Origin: a virus
Lineage: Duplodnaviria > Caudoviricetes
Strand: one strand, 5' to 3'
IMG/VR virus record: IMGVR_UViG_3300022074_000054
Location: 1 to 54,241 of that record
DNA length: 54,241 nucleotides
This document shows positions 9,253 to 19,271 of this stretch, piece after piece (the first letter of the stretch is position 1; each line of letters starts with the position of its first letter). The position numbers and the translations under genes were made by a program. The notes below the pieces were generated by a model. The model was not told the DNA's origin. It was given only the letters and a program-made list of their open reading frames with translations, and ran no database searches.

Positions 9253-9920
9253 TGACTTTATCTAACAGCAAAGATTTTGAACTAGACGTAGCAGAATACG
9301 TCGAAGAAGCGTTCGAGCGATGCGGTCTTGAGGTGCGTACTGGTTACGACCTCAAAACCGCTAAACGTTCGCTTAATCTTTTGCTGGCAGATTGGGCTAA
9401 CCGCGGGCTAAACCAGTGGACAATCAAAGAGCGGACGCAGGCTTTAACCCAAGGAACAGGCGAATATGCGCTTAATGCGGATATTATTGACATTTTGTCT
9501 GTTGTTGTGCGTAGAGACGGAACGGATTATTCGTTGGAGCGTCTAAGTCGAGACGAGTATCTGACAATTCCGACAAAAACGACACAAAGCAGGCCGAACC
9601 AGTTTTTCTTGGATCGTCAACTAACGCCTAATTTGAAGTTGTGGCCTGTACCAGAAAACAGCACCGATGTTGTTTACTACAATGCGTTGACACGCATGGA
9701 CGATGCGGACATTTACACCAACACGCTGGATATGCCTTTTAGGTTTTATCCGTGTTTGGCGGCGGGGCTGGCCTATTACATTGCTTTGAAGAGAGCCCCC
9801 AACCGGGTTCAGATGCTCAAGGCCATGTATGAAGAAGAGTTTGACCGCGCTGCAACGGAAGATCGTGATCGTTCGTCGTTTAACGTCGTACCTAAGTATG
9901 AATACTATAGGACGGGCTAA
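9252..9920 (+). CDS. Putative head-tail adaptor / tail tubular protein
   Basis: 222 aa; RSLNLLLADWANRG, LKLWPVP, LAAGLAYYIA pattern typical of podoviral adaptors. Confidence 0.6.
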   Translation: MTLSNSKDFELDVAEYVEEAFERCGLEVRTGYDLKTAKRSLNLLLADWANRGLNQWTIKERTQALTQGTGEYALNADIIDILSVVVRRDGTDYSLERLSRDEYLTIPTKTTQSRPNQFFLDRQLTPNLKLWPVPENSTDVVYYNALTRMDDADIYTNTLDMPFRFYPCLAAGLAYYIALKRAPNRVQMLKAMYEEEFDRAATEDRDRSSFNVVPKYEYYRTG

Positions 9921-10279
9921 TGGCAAAGTTTGCATCTGGTAAAAACTCATACGCAATATCCGACCGCTCTGGTTTTCGTTATCAATACAAATTGATGAAA
10001 AAAGAGTGGAACGGCTTGCTTGTGGGTCCAGATGAGTATGAGCCGAAGCATCCGCAACTAGGTCCTTTTAGAAAAGTAGTTGATCCGCAGGCTTTGCAGA
10101 ACGCAAGACCGCAGCCGGACAACCCGACAAGCGCGTTTTTGGTGGTTACTACGAACGGAATTGTGTATTTGGGTAACGGCAACTGGAGTACCGGCGGAAC
10201 GGCAGAAATGCCGTCAGAACTAGAAAATACCCCGGCTTTGCAGGGTGCGGTGGGCACAGTATCGGTGGTGACGCCATGA
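9920..10279 (+). CDS. Hypothetical virion protein
   Basis: AISDRSGFRY and EPKHPQL motifs; coupled start and stop. Confidence 0.7.
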   Translation: MAKFASGKNSYAISDRSGFRYQYKLMKKEWNGLLVGPDEYEPKHPQLGPFRKVVDPQALQNARPQPDNPTSAFLVVTTNGIVYLGNGNWSTGGTAEMPSELENTPALQGAVGTVSVVTP

Positions 10280-10926
10280 GTTTTACCTATGACCAGCTAA
10301 AAACGGCGATTCAAGATTACGCAGAGAACGACGAAACGTCCTTTGTGAACAATCTGCCAGTATTTATACGTCAGGCAGAGGAGCGAATCCTTAAAAACGT
10401 GCAGTTGAGCCTGTTCAGGAAGAACGTCAGTGGCAATATGACGCAGGCAAATCAATTTTTAGCCTGTCCGAGTGACTTTTTGGCACCTTTTTCGCTTTCT
10501 TTTACGGACGCAAACAGCAACAAAGTATTTTTGGAGTTTAAGGACACCGATTTTGTACAATCGTTCAACCCAAACCCTGCAACAACCGGCGATCCGCGTT
10601 TTTATGCGGTATTTGACGTTGATAATTTTATTATCGGTCCTACTCCCGACGCTGCAAGAGCAGTGGAGCTACATTATTTCTATAGACCGGCAAGTTTGAC
10701 GGCGGGTGCGGGTAGCGGCACCACATGGCTGAGTGAAAACGCTCAGATGGCGATGCTGTACGGCAGCCTGATCGAAGCCTACATTTATATGAAGGGTGAA
10801 CAGGACGTTATGGCGGCCTATGAAAAAAGATTTGCGGAAGCGATGACCGGCATGAAGATGCTGGGTGAAAACAAAGAAGTCACCGATGATTATCGCACCG
10901 GTATGCTAGTGAGGCCGAAACAATGA
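10276..10926 (+). CDS. Putative tail tubular/adaptor protein
   Basis: FIRQAEERI, GPTPD, LYGSLIEAY motifs; tail-module position. Confidence 0.6.
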   Translation: MSFTYDQLKTAIQDYAENDETSFVNNLPVFIRQAEERILKNVQLSLFRKNVSGNMTQANQFLACPSDFLAPFSLSFTDANSNKVFLEFKDTDFVQSFNPNPATTGDPRFYAVFDVDNFIIGPTPDAARAVELHYFYRPASLTAGAGSGTTWLSENAQMAMLYGSLIEAYIYMKGEQDVMAAYEKRFAEAMTGMKMLGENKEVTDDYRTGMLVRPKQ

Positions 10927-11222
10927 GCTTCCCAGCATTAGAACTAGATTTGAACTCTGATTTTAAGGTGGAAGTACACACCACTCAGAATCGCGGGTTT
11001 ACTCCAGAGGAAGTTGCAGAGCGTTGTGCTGATAAGATTATATCTATCAGTGATTCTGCAAACCCTGCAATACAGGCACAGGCACATGCCTTTCGTAAGC
11101 ACATAGTTAAAGTTTTAGAATTTTATATGCGCGAAGCGATAAAAAGTGATAGAACCACCGTGTACAATGCGATTAAGGATTCTGGAAATCACGAACTCGC
11201 GGAACTAATTAGGAGACTGTAA
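10923..11222 (+). CDS. Hypothetical protein
   Basis: 99-aa ORF with ATGA overlap in the operon. Confidence 0.7.
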   Translation: MSFPALELDLNSDFKVEVHTTQNRGFTPEEVAERCADKIISISDSANPAIQAQAHAFRKHIVKVLEFYMREAIKSDRTTVYNAIKDSGNHELAELIRRL

Positions 11223-11224
11223 CC

Positions 11225-11677
11225 ATGGCTTTCAGCGGAAACTTCATGTGTACATCGTTCAAGAAGGAGCTATTGTACGGTGTCCACGACTTTGATCTCG
11301 CCAACGGCGATACATTTAAAATTGCTCTATATACAAACAGCGCCTCGTTTGATGCGTCTACTACTGCTTACACGACCTCTAATGAGGTAAGTGGCACGGG
11401 GTATAGCGCAGGCGGTGGGGCATTGACCAATGTTGACCCCACTTCGTCTGGAACTACGGCATTGACCGACTTCCAAGACGAAACCTTCTCCACGGCAACA
11501 ATTACTGCACGTGGGGCACTTATATATAATACAACTCCAAACACCACTTCTATTTCGGTAACCAATCCGTCGGTTGTAGTGTTGGACTTCGGCTCGGATA
11601 AAACGTCCACCGCAGGTGACTTTACGATTGTTTTTCCAACTGCCGATGCAAGTAACGCCATTATTCGGATAGCGTAA
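11225..11677 (+). CDS. Putative tail structural protein
   Basis: SFKKELL, FKIALYT, GYSAGG, VLDFG motifs; AGGAG RBS. Confidence 0.65.
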   Translation: MAFSGNFMCTSFKKELLYGVHDFDLANGDTFKIALYTNSASFDASTTAYTTSNEVSGTGYSAGGGALTNVDPTSSGTTALTDFQDETFSTATITARGALIYNTTPNTTSISVTNPSVVVLDFGSDKTSTAGDFTIVFPTADASNAIIRIA

Positions 11678-12570
11678 TGGCTGACGTAATCGTCCCAATA
11701 GGCGGCTGGGGCCGCTCTGGTTGGGGCGAGGGCCCGTGGTCCCAGAGTGGTTTACCACAAGCGGCGGGCTCAGTAGGTTCTGTAACGGTTGTGGCGGAAG
11801 CCAACGTACCGGTTACGGGTCTACAAGCGACTGGTAACGTAGGTGGCGTAACAGTAGTTGCGGAAGCCAACGTAGCAGTCACGGGAGTTGCTGGCACAGG
11901 CCAAGTAGGCAGTGTCGGTATTACGGCGGCAGCCAATGTAAACGTCACGGGTGTGGCGGGCACAGGCCAAGTCGGTTCGGTTGCCATTACAGGTGATGCG
12001 AATGTCCCAGTTACCGGATTAGCCGGAACAGGAGCAGTAGGCTCCGTTACGGTTACCGCAGATGCAAACGTTAACGTTACGGGTGTGTCAGGAACAGGAG
12101 CAGTAGGCTCGGTAAGCGTCGAAGCGGACGCAAATGTACCTGTCACAGGATTAGAGGCCACCGGGTCTGTTGGTTCCGTAACGATTGTTGCAAAAGCCAA
12201 TGTATTCCCAACAGGTCTTGAAGCTACTGGTGTAGTAGGCACCGCCTCTGTAGATGGCGAGGCCAATGTACCAGTAACAGGCTTGTCTTCGACAGGCACC
12301 GTTGGATCAGTATCGGTAAGCACTGGTCAGACTATTAGCGTCGGCGGGGTCAGTGGAACAGGTCAAGTAGGAAGTGTTTCTGTTAATGGAGACGCTTTAG
12401 TAAATGTAATAGGAGTCAGCGCAACAGGTAGTGTTGGTACTGTACTGGTTTACTCAAACATTGTCCCGGATCAAAATCCGGGTTATAGTGAGATTAATGT
12501 TAACCAGTCGCCATCATGGTCGGAGGATATACCAGCCCAGAGCGCAAATTGGACGCAAATAGCAGCGTGA
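11677..12570 (+). CDS. Repetitive Val/Gly/Thr-rich fibre-like protein
   Basis: About 11 tandem 21-aa repeats ANVPVTGxxxTGxVGSVxVxx; N-terminal GWGRSGWGEGPWS. Confidence 0.75.
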   Translation: MADVIVPIGGWGRSGWGEGPWSQSGLPQAAGSVGSVTVVAEANVPVTGLQATGNVGGVTVVAEANVAVTGVAGTGQVGSVGITAAANVNVTGVAGTGQVGSVAITGDANVPVTGLAGTGAVGSVTVTADANVNVTGVSGTGAVGSVSVEADANVPVTGLEATGSVGSVTIVAKANVFPTGLEATGVVGTASVDGEANVPVTGLSSTGTVGSVSVSTGQTISVGGVSGTGQVGSVSVNGDALVNVIGVSATGSVGTVLVYSNIVPDQNPGYSEINVNQSPSWSEDIPAQSANWTQIAA

Positions 12571-12581
12571 GGATAAATTAG

Positions 12582-15500
12582 ATGCCAAGTACCTATACAG
12601 TTAACCTCGGTATTGAGAAACCGGCTACTGGTGAGCAGTCGGGTACATGGGGCGACACTACAAACGTCAATTTCGATATTTTGGATCAAGCCATTAATGG
12701 CGCAGTACGGGTTACGCTTACTAGCGCGGGCTCTTCTGGTTCACCCAATGCACTTCAAATCACTAACGGTGCGACCTCAGACGGGCGCAATAAGTGGGTT
12801 GAATTTTATAGTTCAGGCGACCTTGGGGGCTCTGCTTACGTGCAGCTTGACCCAAATGACGCTGAAAAAATAGTTTTCGTAAGAAACAGTTTGGCAAGTA
12901 GCCGGTCTGTTATCTTGTTTCAAGGTACATATAACTCTGCGCGGGACTTAGAAGTCCCTGCGGGCGTTGATATGGTGGTCAAGTTTGACGGTGGCGGCGC
13001 AAGTGCGGCTACGGTCACTGACGTGTATACCAAATTACGTGTTACTGAATTAACCACTCCTACGCTTACTGCAACGACTGCCGATATTAACGGCGGGACG
13101 CTTGATAATTCTGTAATTGGCGGCACGACGGCTGCGGCTATCACGGGTACGACTATAGTTGCAAACACCAGCCTCAACATTGCAGGCGATGGCGCAACCG
13201 TAACGGGTATTAAAGACGAAGATAATATGGCGTCTAATAGCGCCACAAAGCTTGCCACCCAGCAATCTATTAAAGCTTACGTTGATTCGCAGGTTGGCAC
13301 GGTCGATACGCTGGCCGAAATTTTGGCCAACGGCAACACATCTGGATCAAACAACCTTATTATTAATAACGGTCAAGCTCTGACCTCCAACACCATTAAC
13401 GAGACTACTGCGGGCAGCGGTGTCACGATTGACAGCGTTTTGCTCAAAGATGACGTAGTCAACGCCACCGACGTAGAAACAAGCAATATTTCCGCCAATG
13501 ACGGCACACAAGTAGCAACTTTAGCCAATAGCACGGGCGTAATCACTGTTGCCTCGTCTGTTCTCACCACCACCGACATCAACGGCGGTACGATTGACAA
13601 CACTAATATCGGCGCTTCCACACCGGGAACGGGTGCTTTCACCTCTTTAAATAGTACAAACTCTCTTGTAATAACCTCGTCGGTTCCACGTGTCACACTA
13701 AATGATTCGGATGGAACAAACACACAAGGCGACATACGCCAAGTAAGCGATGCGATAGTAATTAAGTCTAGAAACGGATCATCAAATGGTGCGATAAAAT
13801 TTACTGGAGAGAACGGATCGACAGAAGTTGAGTACGCAAAGTTTGATGCTAATGGCTTGTTTATTAGCAAGCTTGGAGCTGTTTTTAATGAGGACAGTGC
13901 CAACGTAGATTTCCGCGTTGAGTCTGACAGCAACGCTAATATGTTGTTTGTTGATGCGGGTAATAATCGTGTTGGTATAGGGATGACTCCCGCTACTGAT
14001 TTTCACATAAAAGGCGTTACAACGATTGATGGTGATGGGTCTTCTCGTGCTGAAATAACCTCTAGCACTGCAAGTTCTATAGTCAGCTTGAATGTTGGTG
14101 GGTTTGACGGAACTCCGTCTGTTGCGAGAGATGTGCGATTTTTCGTAAATGCTGCCTCAAACGCTAAAACAGAAGCTATGCGCCTTGAGTCAAATCAAGA
14201 TGCTGCATTTTTGGGGAACCTTACGATCCCAGAAAAAATTACTCACACTGGGGACGCAGATACTTTTTTACAGTTCAACGCCGCTGACTCATTTAGGGTC
14301 GTCACAGGTGACGAGGAAAGGTTAAAAGCCAACAATGGCGAAGTAGTTGTCAATGATAACAGTGCGGACATGGATTTCCGCGTTGAATCAAACGGCAACG
14401 CTAATATGCTGTTTGTTGATGGTGGGAATAATAGGGTTGGGATAGGTGTCGGCGCTCCCTCAGATGTCCTTCAAGTGCATTCTGGTGCGGCAGGACGTTC
14501 AATATTTAGACATGCCTCTGGTGATGGCGGGGTGACAATTACAGGAACAGGTGCAGGTAGTGCGGCATCCTTAATTTTTGGTAACAACTGGGACAATGAC
14601 TCAGGTTCAAACTTTGTGGAGGAGTACCGCCTGTTTATGGATGGTGCTGACGACAGCCTGAAGTTTAACTACAACGCTAATGCAAGCACAGCCTTGACTT
14701 TATCAAGCGCGGGTGCGGCTACGTTTGGTTCTACTTTAACCATAGGCGGCAACTTCCTAGCTGAAAGCTCTGCAACCATTAACTCAACTATTCGTGCCAC
14801 AGGAAACAATACTAGGGCAATCGCTAATTATCAGGCGCATGATAGTAGCGGCAATGATGTAAATATGGTTATGGGTGTGTTCGGGGACGCCACTAGAGGC
14901 GAAATATCCACTAACACAAACCACACCCTGCGCCTCTATGTAAACAACACGCCGTCTAAGTATCTTGAAATTGCAACGACTGGTCAGATTTTTACAAGTC
15001 ACGGGATGGTCGTCAATGAAGATTCTAATGACAGTGACTTCCGCGTTGAGTCTAACAGCAACACGCATATGCTGTTTGTGGATGCGGGGAATGAAAGTGT
15101 CGGGATAGCCACGAGCGCGACAGGCGCTACTGGCTCTTTGGTAATTAAAGCAAACAGTGGTGCTGGTGCCATTTCAATTATCGGACGAAATAACGGCGGG
15201 ATTGGAACAATCTCGTTTTATGATGACGATGGTTCCTCAAATGTTGGCTACATTCAGGGCCGTGCTGACGACAATCAATTTAGATTGTGGACGACGACAT
15301 CTGACATTTTGTCTCTAGGTCAAAATAATACGCAAAGACTGCATTTTACAGATAACGAAGCAATACTTAATTCAAACTCTGGTTCATACAAGTTCTACAT
15401 TACTCGCACTGGCTCAACAAATCAATCTGGCTCAATGTACGCGGATGACAACACGTTTGTGTTTGATTCTACGCAAGATGAAGTATCTGGAGCTAACTTT

Positions 15501-16166
15501 TTGTTCCGTGGGACAAACGATGCTGCGAGTAATGTTTCATACTTGGAGTTAGATTATGCTGGTGGCACTACTTTCAACCAAGGTGGTTTGGCGCAGCAAG
15601 ACTTCCGCGTTGAGTCTGACAATGAATCCAACATGCTGTTTGTTGATGCTAGTGCTAACTTTGTGGCTTTCGGAAATAATGTTGCTAACCCCGCGAGCGG
15701 TTTTGCCTCACAAGGTGGAGCGGCATATACCGACACTGGGGGATTTCAGATAGCAAACAGTTCTTCTGGTGCATCGTTGGTGCTTGGGCAAAACTTTGCA
15801 ACTAACGGCTCCATTTGTGATTTTAGAAAACAATCAGTCGTGGTTGGTTCAATATCAGTTACAGGCTCCGCAACATCTTACAACACCTCTTCAGATGCTC
15901 GACTCAAAGAAAACATCGCAGACGCAGACGATGCTGGTGTCTTAATTGATGCTATACAAGTCCGTCAGTTTGATTGGATTGCAGACGGCGAACACCAGCG
16001 TTACGGCATGGTGGCTCAAGAGCTAAACACGGTTGCACCAGAAGCGGTATCTGAAGGCGAAACCGAAGAAGACATGATGGCAGTGGACTACAGCAAGCTA
16101 GTACCCATGCTCGTTAAAGAAATACAATCTCTACGTGCGCGAGTCGCACAAATTGAAAACACTTAA
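12582..16166 (+). CDS. Tail fibre/spike with C-terminal peptidase S74 intramolecular chaperone
   Basis: SDARLKENI, GMVAQEL, DYSKLVPMLVKEIQSL S74 signature; four DFRVESxxNxNMLFVDA repeats. Confidence 0.88.
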   Translation: MPSTYTVNLGIEKPATGEQSGTWGDTTNVNFDILDQAINGAVRVTLTSAGSSGSPNALQITNGATSDGRNKWVEFYSSGDLGGSAYVQLDPNDAEKIVFVRNSLASSRSVILFQGTYNSARDLEVPAGVDMVVKFDGGGASAATVTDVYTKLRVTELTTPTLTATTADINGGTLDNSVIGGTTAAAITGTTIVANTSLNIAGDGATVTGIKDEDNMASNSATKLATQQSIKAYVDSQVGTVDTLAEILANGNTSGSNNLIINNGQALTSNTINETTAGSGVTIDSVLLKDDVVNATDVETSNISANDGTQVATLANSTGVITVASSVLTTTDINGGTIDNTNIGASTPGTGAFTSLNSTNSLVITSSVPRVTLNDSDGTNTQGDIRQVSDAIVIKSRNGSSNGAIKFTGENGSTEVEYAKFDANGLFISKLGAVFNEDSANVDFRVESDSNANMLFVDAGNNRVGIGMTPATDFHIKGVTTIDGDGSSRAEITSSTASSIVSLNVGGFDGTPSVARDVRFFVNAASNAKTEAMRLESNQDAAFLGNLTIPEKITHTGDADTFLQFNAADSFRVVTGDEERLKANNGEVVVNDNSADMDFRVESNGNANMLFVDGGNNRVGIGVGAPSDVLQVHSGAAGRSIFRHASGDGGVTITGTGAGSAASLIFGNNWDNDSGSNFVEEYRLFMDGADDSLKFNYNANASTALTLSSAGAATFGSTLTIGGNFLAESSATINSTIRATGNNTRAIANYQAHDSSGNDVNMVMGVFGDATRGEISTNTNHTLRLYVNNTPSKYLEIATTGQIFTSHGMVVNEDSNDSDFRVESNSNTHMLFVDAGNESVGIATSATGATGSLVIKANSGAGAISIIGRNNGGIGTISFYDDDGSSNVGYIQGRADDNQFRLWTTTSDILSLGQNNTQRLHFTDNEAILNSNSGSYKFYITRTGSTNQSGSMYADDNTFVFDSTQDEVSGANFLFRGTNDAASNVSYLELDYAGGTTFNQGGLAQQDFRVESDNESNMLFVDASANFVAFGNNVANPASGFASQGGAAYTDTGGFQIANSSSGASLVLGQNFATNGSICDFRKQSVVVGSISVTGSATSYNTSSDARLKENIADADDAGVLIDAIQVRQFDWIADGEHQRYGMVAQELNTVAPEAVSEGETEEDMMAVDYSKLVPMLVKEIQSLRARVAQIENT
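13908..15650 (+). repeat. Four dispersed ~50-bp repeats inside the tail fibre gene
   Basis: GAYTTCCGCGTTGARTC...ATGYTGTTTGTKGATG; TTCCGCGTTGA core at 13911, 14376, 15039 and 15603. Confidence 0.9.
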
Positions 16167-16193
16167 CCAACTGTCATTAAAGGAGAAAGAAAC

Positions 16194-16544
16194 ATGGCAA
16201 TTACTACAACTTGGAGCGTCAACGACATGACGCATAATGATTCTGACGGGGGTGTAATCCTCGTTTATTGGTCTTGTGTAGCGGCAAGCGATGGTACGCC
16301 ATCCTACTCCGCTACCGAAGGCGGCAAGCTGCGTTTGACGTATGACGCGTCAAGCCCAGACTACATCCCCTACGCTGATCTTACCGAGAACGACGTATTG
16401 GGCTGGGTCTACAACAGCTTGATTGAAGGCGACGAAACGGCTGACCAAGCAAAAGCCCGTGTCGAAGCCGACCGTACAGCTAAGGTGCAAGGTCAGATCG
16501 ACCGTGCAGCAACGCAATCAGGCGGACTTCCTTGGGACGCTTAA
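16194..16544 (+). CDS. Tail-fibre-associated hypothetical protein
   Basis: YIPYADLTENDVLGWV and GLPW motifs; AAGGAG RBS. Confidence 0.7.
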   Translation: MAITTTWSVNDMTHNDSDGGVILVYWSCVAASDGTPSYSATEGGKLRLTYDASSPDYIPYADLTENDVLGWVYNSLIEGDETADQAKARVEADRTAKVQGQIDRAATQSGGLPWDA

Positions 16545-16569
16545 TTTAACTTAAATAAGGAGACTTATA

Positions 16570-16806
16570 ATGGCGAAAAATGAAAAGAAAACCATTACTG
16601 TCAATGATGTAGAACACAACATTGATGACCTGACCGAGCAACAAATTGCGATGGTTAACCACATTGCTGATCTGGATAAGAAGCTAGGAAGCCTACGCTT
16701 CAATATGGATCAGCTAAACGTAGGCCGTGAGGCTTTTGTCAACATGCTCACAGCGTCTCTTGCTGAAGCGGAGAGTGCTGAAGAAGCTGAAGTAGTGAAC
16801 GGATGA
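16570..16806 (+). CDS. Small coiled-coil hypothetical protein
   Basis: 78-aa ORF with TAAGGAG RBS. Confidence 0.72.
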   Translation: MAKNEKKTITVNDVEHNIDDLTEQQIAMVNHIADLDKKLGSLRFNMDQLNVGREAFVNMLTASLAEAESAEEAEVVNG

Positions 16807-16807
16807 T

Positions 16808-18751
16808 ATGCCCTTACAAAAGTTACAGTTCAGACCCGGAGTAAACAGAGAAACCACTTCGTATACAAACGAGGGCGGTTGGTTTGACTGTGACAAAGTA
16901 AGGTTTCGTTTCGGCACCCCAGAAAAGATAGGCGGGTGGGAAAAGTTCTCTGGCAAAAGCTTTTTAGGCACCTGTCGGGCACTACATCCTTTTGTAGCCT
17001 TAGATGGCGCAAGCTATTTGGGTGTCGGAACGCATCTAAAATATTACATCAACGAGGGCGGTGGTTATAACGACATAACGCCGCTTCGTGAAACGACGGC
17101 AGCGGGCGACGTGACGGTTGCCGCGACCAACGGCTCGTCCACATTAACTGTTACCGATAGTAACCATGGCGCACTAGAAAACGATTTTGTTACCTTTAGT
17201 GGCGCAGCGTCGCTTGGAGGTAACATTACGGCAGGTGTTCTTAACCAAGAGTATCAAATATCTCGTATTGTCAATACGAATTCGTATGAAGTCGTGGCCA
17301 GAGAAGTTGCTTCTCTTAATGACATTACAGTTGACGGTGTTTACACACCCACTCCCGTTCTTGCCAATAGCTCAGACACCGGTAACGGCGGCAGTTCCGT
17401 GGTTGGTGCTTATCAAATTCAATCCGGCTTGGATACGACCGTAGCCGGAACAGGCTGGGGCGCAGGCACGTGGTCACGCGGAGCGTGGGGTTCGAGTGCA
17501 AACCTGACTGCCGTAGGCGACATTTTGCGTATCTGGAGCCACGACAACTTCGGTGAAGATTTAATCATCAACGTCCGTAACGGTGGTATTTACTACTGGG
17601 ACAAGTCCACCAGTTCAGCCCCCTTTGCCCGTGCCGTAGAGCTAAAAGACCTTGCGGGCGCGGACGCCACAACGCCTACTATTGCCAAACAGGTCATGAT
17701 TTCGGATCGTGACCGACACGTTATTGTGTTTGGCTGTGATGCTCAAAACGACATTGGTGTTCAAGACCCACTACTTATCCGCTTTTCTGACCAAGAAAAC
17801 CCGCTGGTTTGGTCGGCACAAGCCACCAACACGGCAGGTGATCTGAGAATCGGTACGGGCTCTGAAATAATCACGGCCCTCGAAACACGGCAACAAATCC
17901 TTGTTTGGACAGATAAGTCTTTGCATTCTATGCAGTTTTTGGGCCCACCCTTTACTTTCGGTATCTCCATGATTTCCGAAAACATCACGATTGCCAGTCC
18001 TTTATCCGCTATTGCGGTAGACGACATGGTGATGTGGATGGGTGAGGAAGAGTTTTACATTTACACCGGTCAGGTGCAGAAGCTACCCTGCTCTGTCAGA
18101 GCTTATGTTTTTAACGATTTTAACCAAGATCAAGCAGAAAAAGTTACCGCAGCGGTCAACAGTTCGTATTCAGAAATATGGTGGTTTTACCCGTCTGCGA
18201 CGGTAACAAACGGCATAGTAAACCAAAATATTGATAAGTATGTGGTTTATAACTATGAAGAGCAGGTTTGGTATTACGGCAACTTGAACAGGACGGCTTG
18301 GATTGATCGGGGAATTGGTCAGTATCCAGTGGCGGCCAGCACTGACGGTTATTTGTACTACCACGAGTTTGGTACAGACGATGGCAGCGTCAACCCGCCT
18401 GCGGCCATCAGTTCTTACATTGAAAGCAGTCAAATGTCGATTGGTGCCGGTGACAACTTTGTGTTCTTGAGCAAGTTGATACCGGACGTAACGTTTGATG
18501 GCTCGACTTCACCGTCGCCCAACGTCGATTTTACCCTTGAAACCAGACGTTTTCCGGGTGCGGACTACAATCAAACCACAAGCAGTAACGTAATTCGTAG
18601 CTCTACCGTGCCCGTTGAGCAGTTTACCGATCAGGTACGGCTCCGAATGCGCGGTCGCTCGTTTGCGTTGAAAATAGAATCGGACAACACGGGTGTTGAA
18701 TGGCGGCTTGGAACACCACGTGTTGAATTAAGACCGGATGGGCGTAGATGA
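16808..18751 (+). CDS. Putative tail nozzle/stabilisation protein (P22 gp10-like)
   Basis: 647-aa beta-propeller-like protein (LIRFSDQEN, EIWWFYPS, VVYNYEEQVWYYG, RLRMRGRSF); position before internal proteins. Confidence 0.65.
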   Translation: MPLQKLQFRPGVNRETTSYTNEGGWFDCDKVRFRFGTPEKIGGWEKFSGKSFLGTCRALHPFVALDGASYLGVGTHLKYYINEGGGYNDITPLRETTAAGDVTVAATNGSSTLTVTDSNHGALENDFVTFSGAASLGGNITAGVLNQEYQISRIVNTNSYEVVAREVASLNDITVDGVYTPTPVLANSSDTGNGGSSVVGAYQIQSGLDTTVAGTGWGAGTWSRGAWGSSANLTAVGDILRIWSHDNFGEDLIINVRNGGIYYWDKSTSSAPFARAVELKDLAGADATTPTIAKQVMISDRDRHVIVFGCDAQNDIGVQDPLLIRFSDQENPLVWSAQATNTAGDLRIGTGSEIITALETRQQILVWTDKSLHSMQFLGPPFTFGISMISENITIASPLSAIAVDDMVMWMGEEEFYIYTGQVQKLPCSVRAYVFNDFNQDQAEKVTAAVNSSYSEIWWFYPSATVTNGIVNQNIDKYVVYNYEEQVWYYGNLNRTAWIDRGIGQYPVAASTDGYLYYHEFGTDDGSVNPPAAISSYIESSQMSIGAGDNFVFLSKLIPDVTFDGSTSPSPNVDFTLETRRFPGADYNQTTSSNVIRSSTVPVEQFTDQVRLRMRGRSFALKIESDNTGVEWRLGTPRVELRPDGRR

Positions 18752-19044
18752 GTAGAGGCTTAGTACAACCACTCTTTCCAAACGCACCTACTGAGTATGA
18801 CGCTCAGTACATGGCGGAGGTTGTTCGTGCCTTCTCGGTCTTTCTACAGCAAGTAAACAATCCCGGTCCTTGGCAGGCGTCAGCGTTGACTTTGCCAAAC
18901 TTACAGACCGACAACTATAACCTTCCTCTTGGTGGTGTTTTTCAGTACGGCGACGAATTGCGCATAACTGTAGCGAACAAGCCGTACCTGAGAGGATCAC
19001 AAGCAGCGGGGGCCGTGGGTAGCGTCACGGTGACAATATCATGA
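18748..19044 (+). CDS. Hypothetical virion protein
   Basis: 98 aa, ATGA overlap; ends GAVGSVTV, like the 9920 and 11677 proteins. Confidence 0.65.
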   Translation: MSRGLVQPLFPNAPTEYDAQYMAEVVRAFSVFLQQVNNPGPWQASALTLPNLQTDNYNLPLGGVFQYGDELRITVANKPYLRGSQAAGAVGSVTVTIS

Positions 19045-19271
19045 GCGATACTATTATTAATATGCCGAACGGCAGTAAATGGAAACCTTCTACTAGCACA
19101 GACGTGGTTCATTGTGCTAATTGTACTAATGAGGTGGATACAGCGGAAGAGATTGCATCTTATCCGGATGGAAACTGCCCTCAATGTGGTTCTTCATGGA
19201 CTGGAGGCGAGAACAGAAGTACAATAATACAGGTAACTATGCCTGAAAGCATAACTGGCGGAGCGGGATAA
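19041..19271 (+). CDS. Small zinc-ribbon protein
   Basis: CANC and CPQC motifs. Confidence 0.65.
   Translation: MSDTIINMPNGSKWKPSTSTDVVHCANCTNEVDTAEEIASYPDGNCPQCGSSWTGGENRSTIIQVTMPESITGGAG

Noticed and set aside
13908-15650. Tail-fibre repeats as a CRISPR array or DGR template/variable repeats
   Set aside because: Repeats are in-frame, degenerate and 465-663 bp apart; no cas or reverse transcriptase gene and no adenine-specific variation seen
16541-16554. Possible CtrA box (TTAA-N7-TTAA)
   Set aside because: Spacing is N6, not N7, in an AT-rich gap
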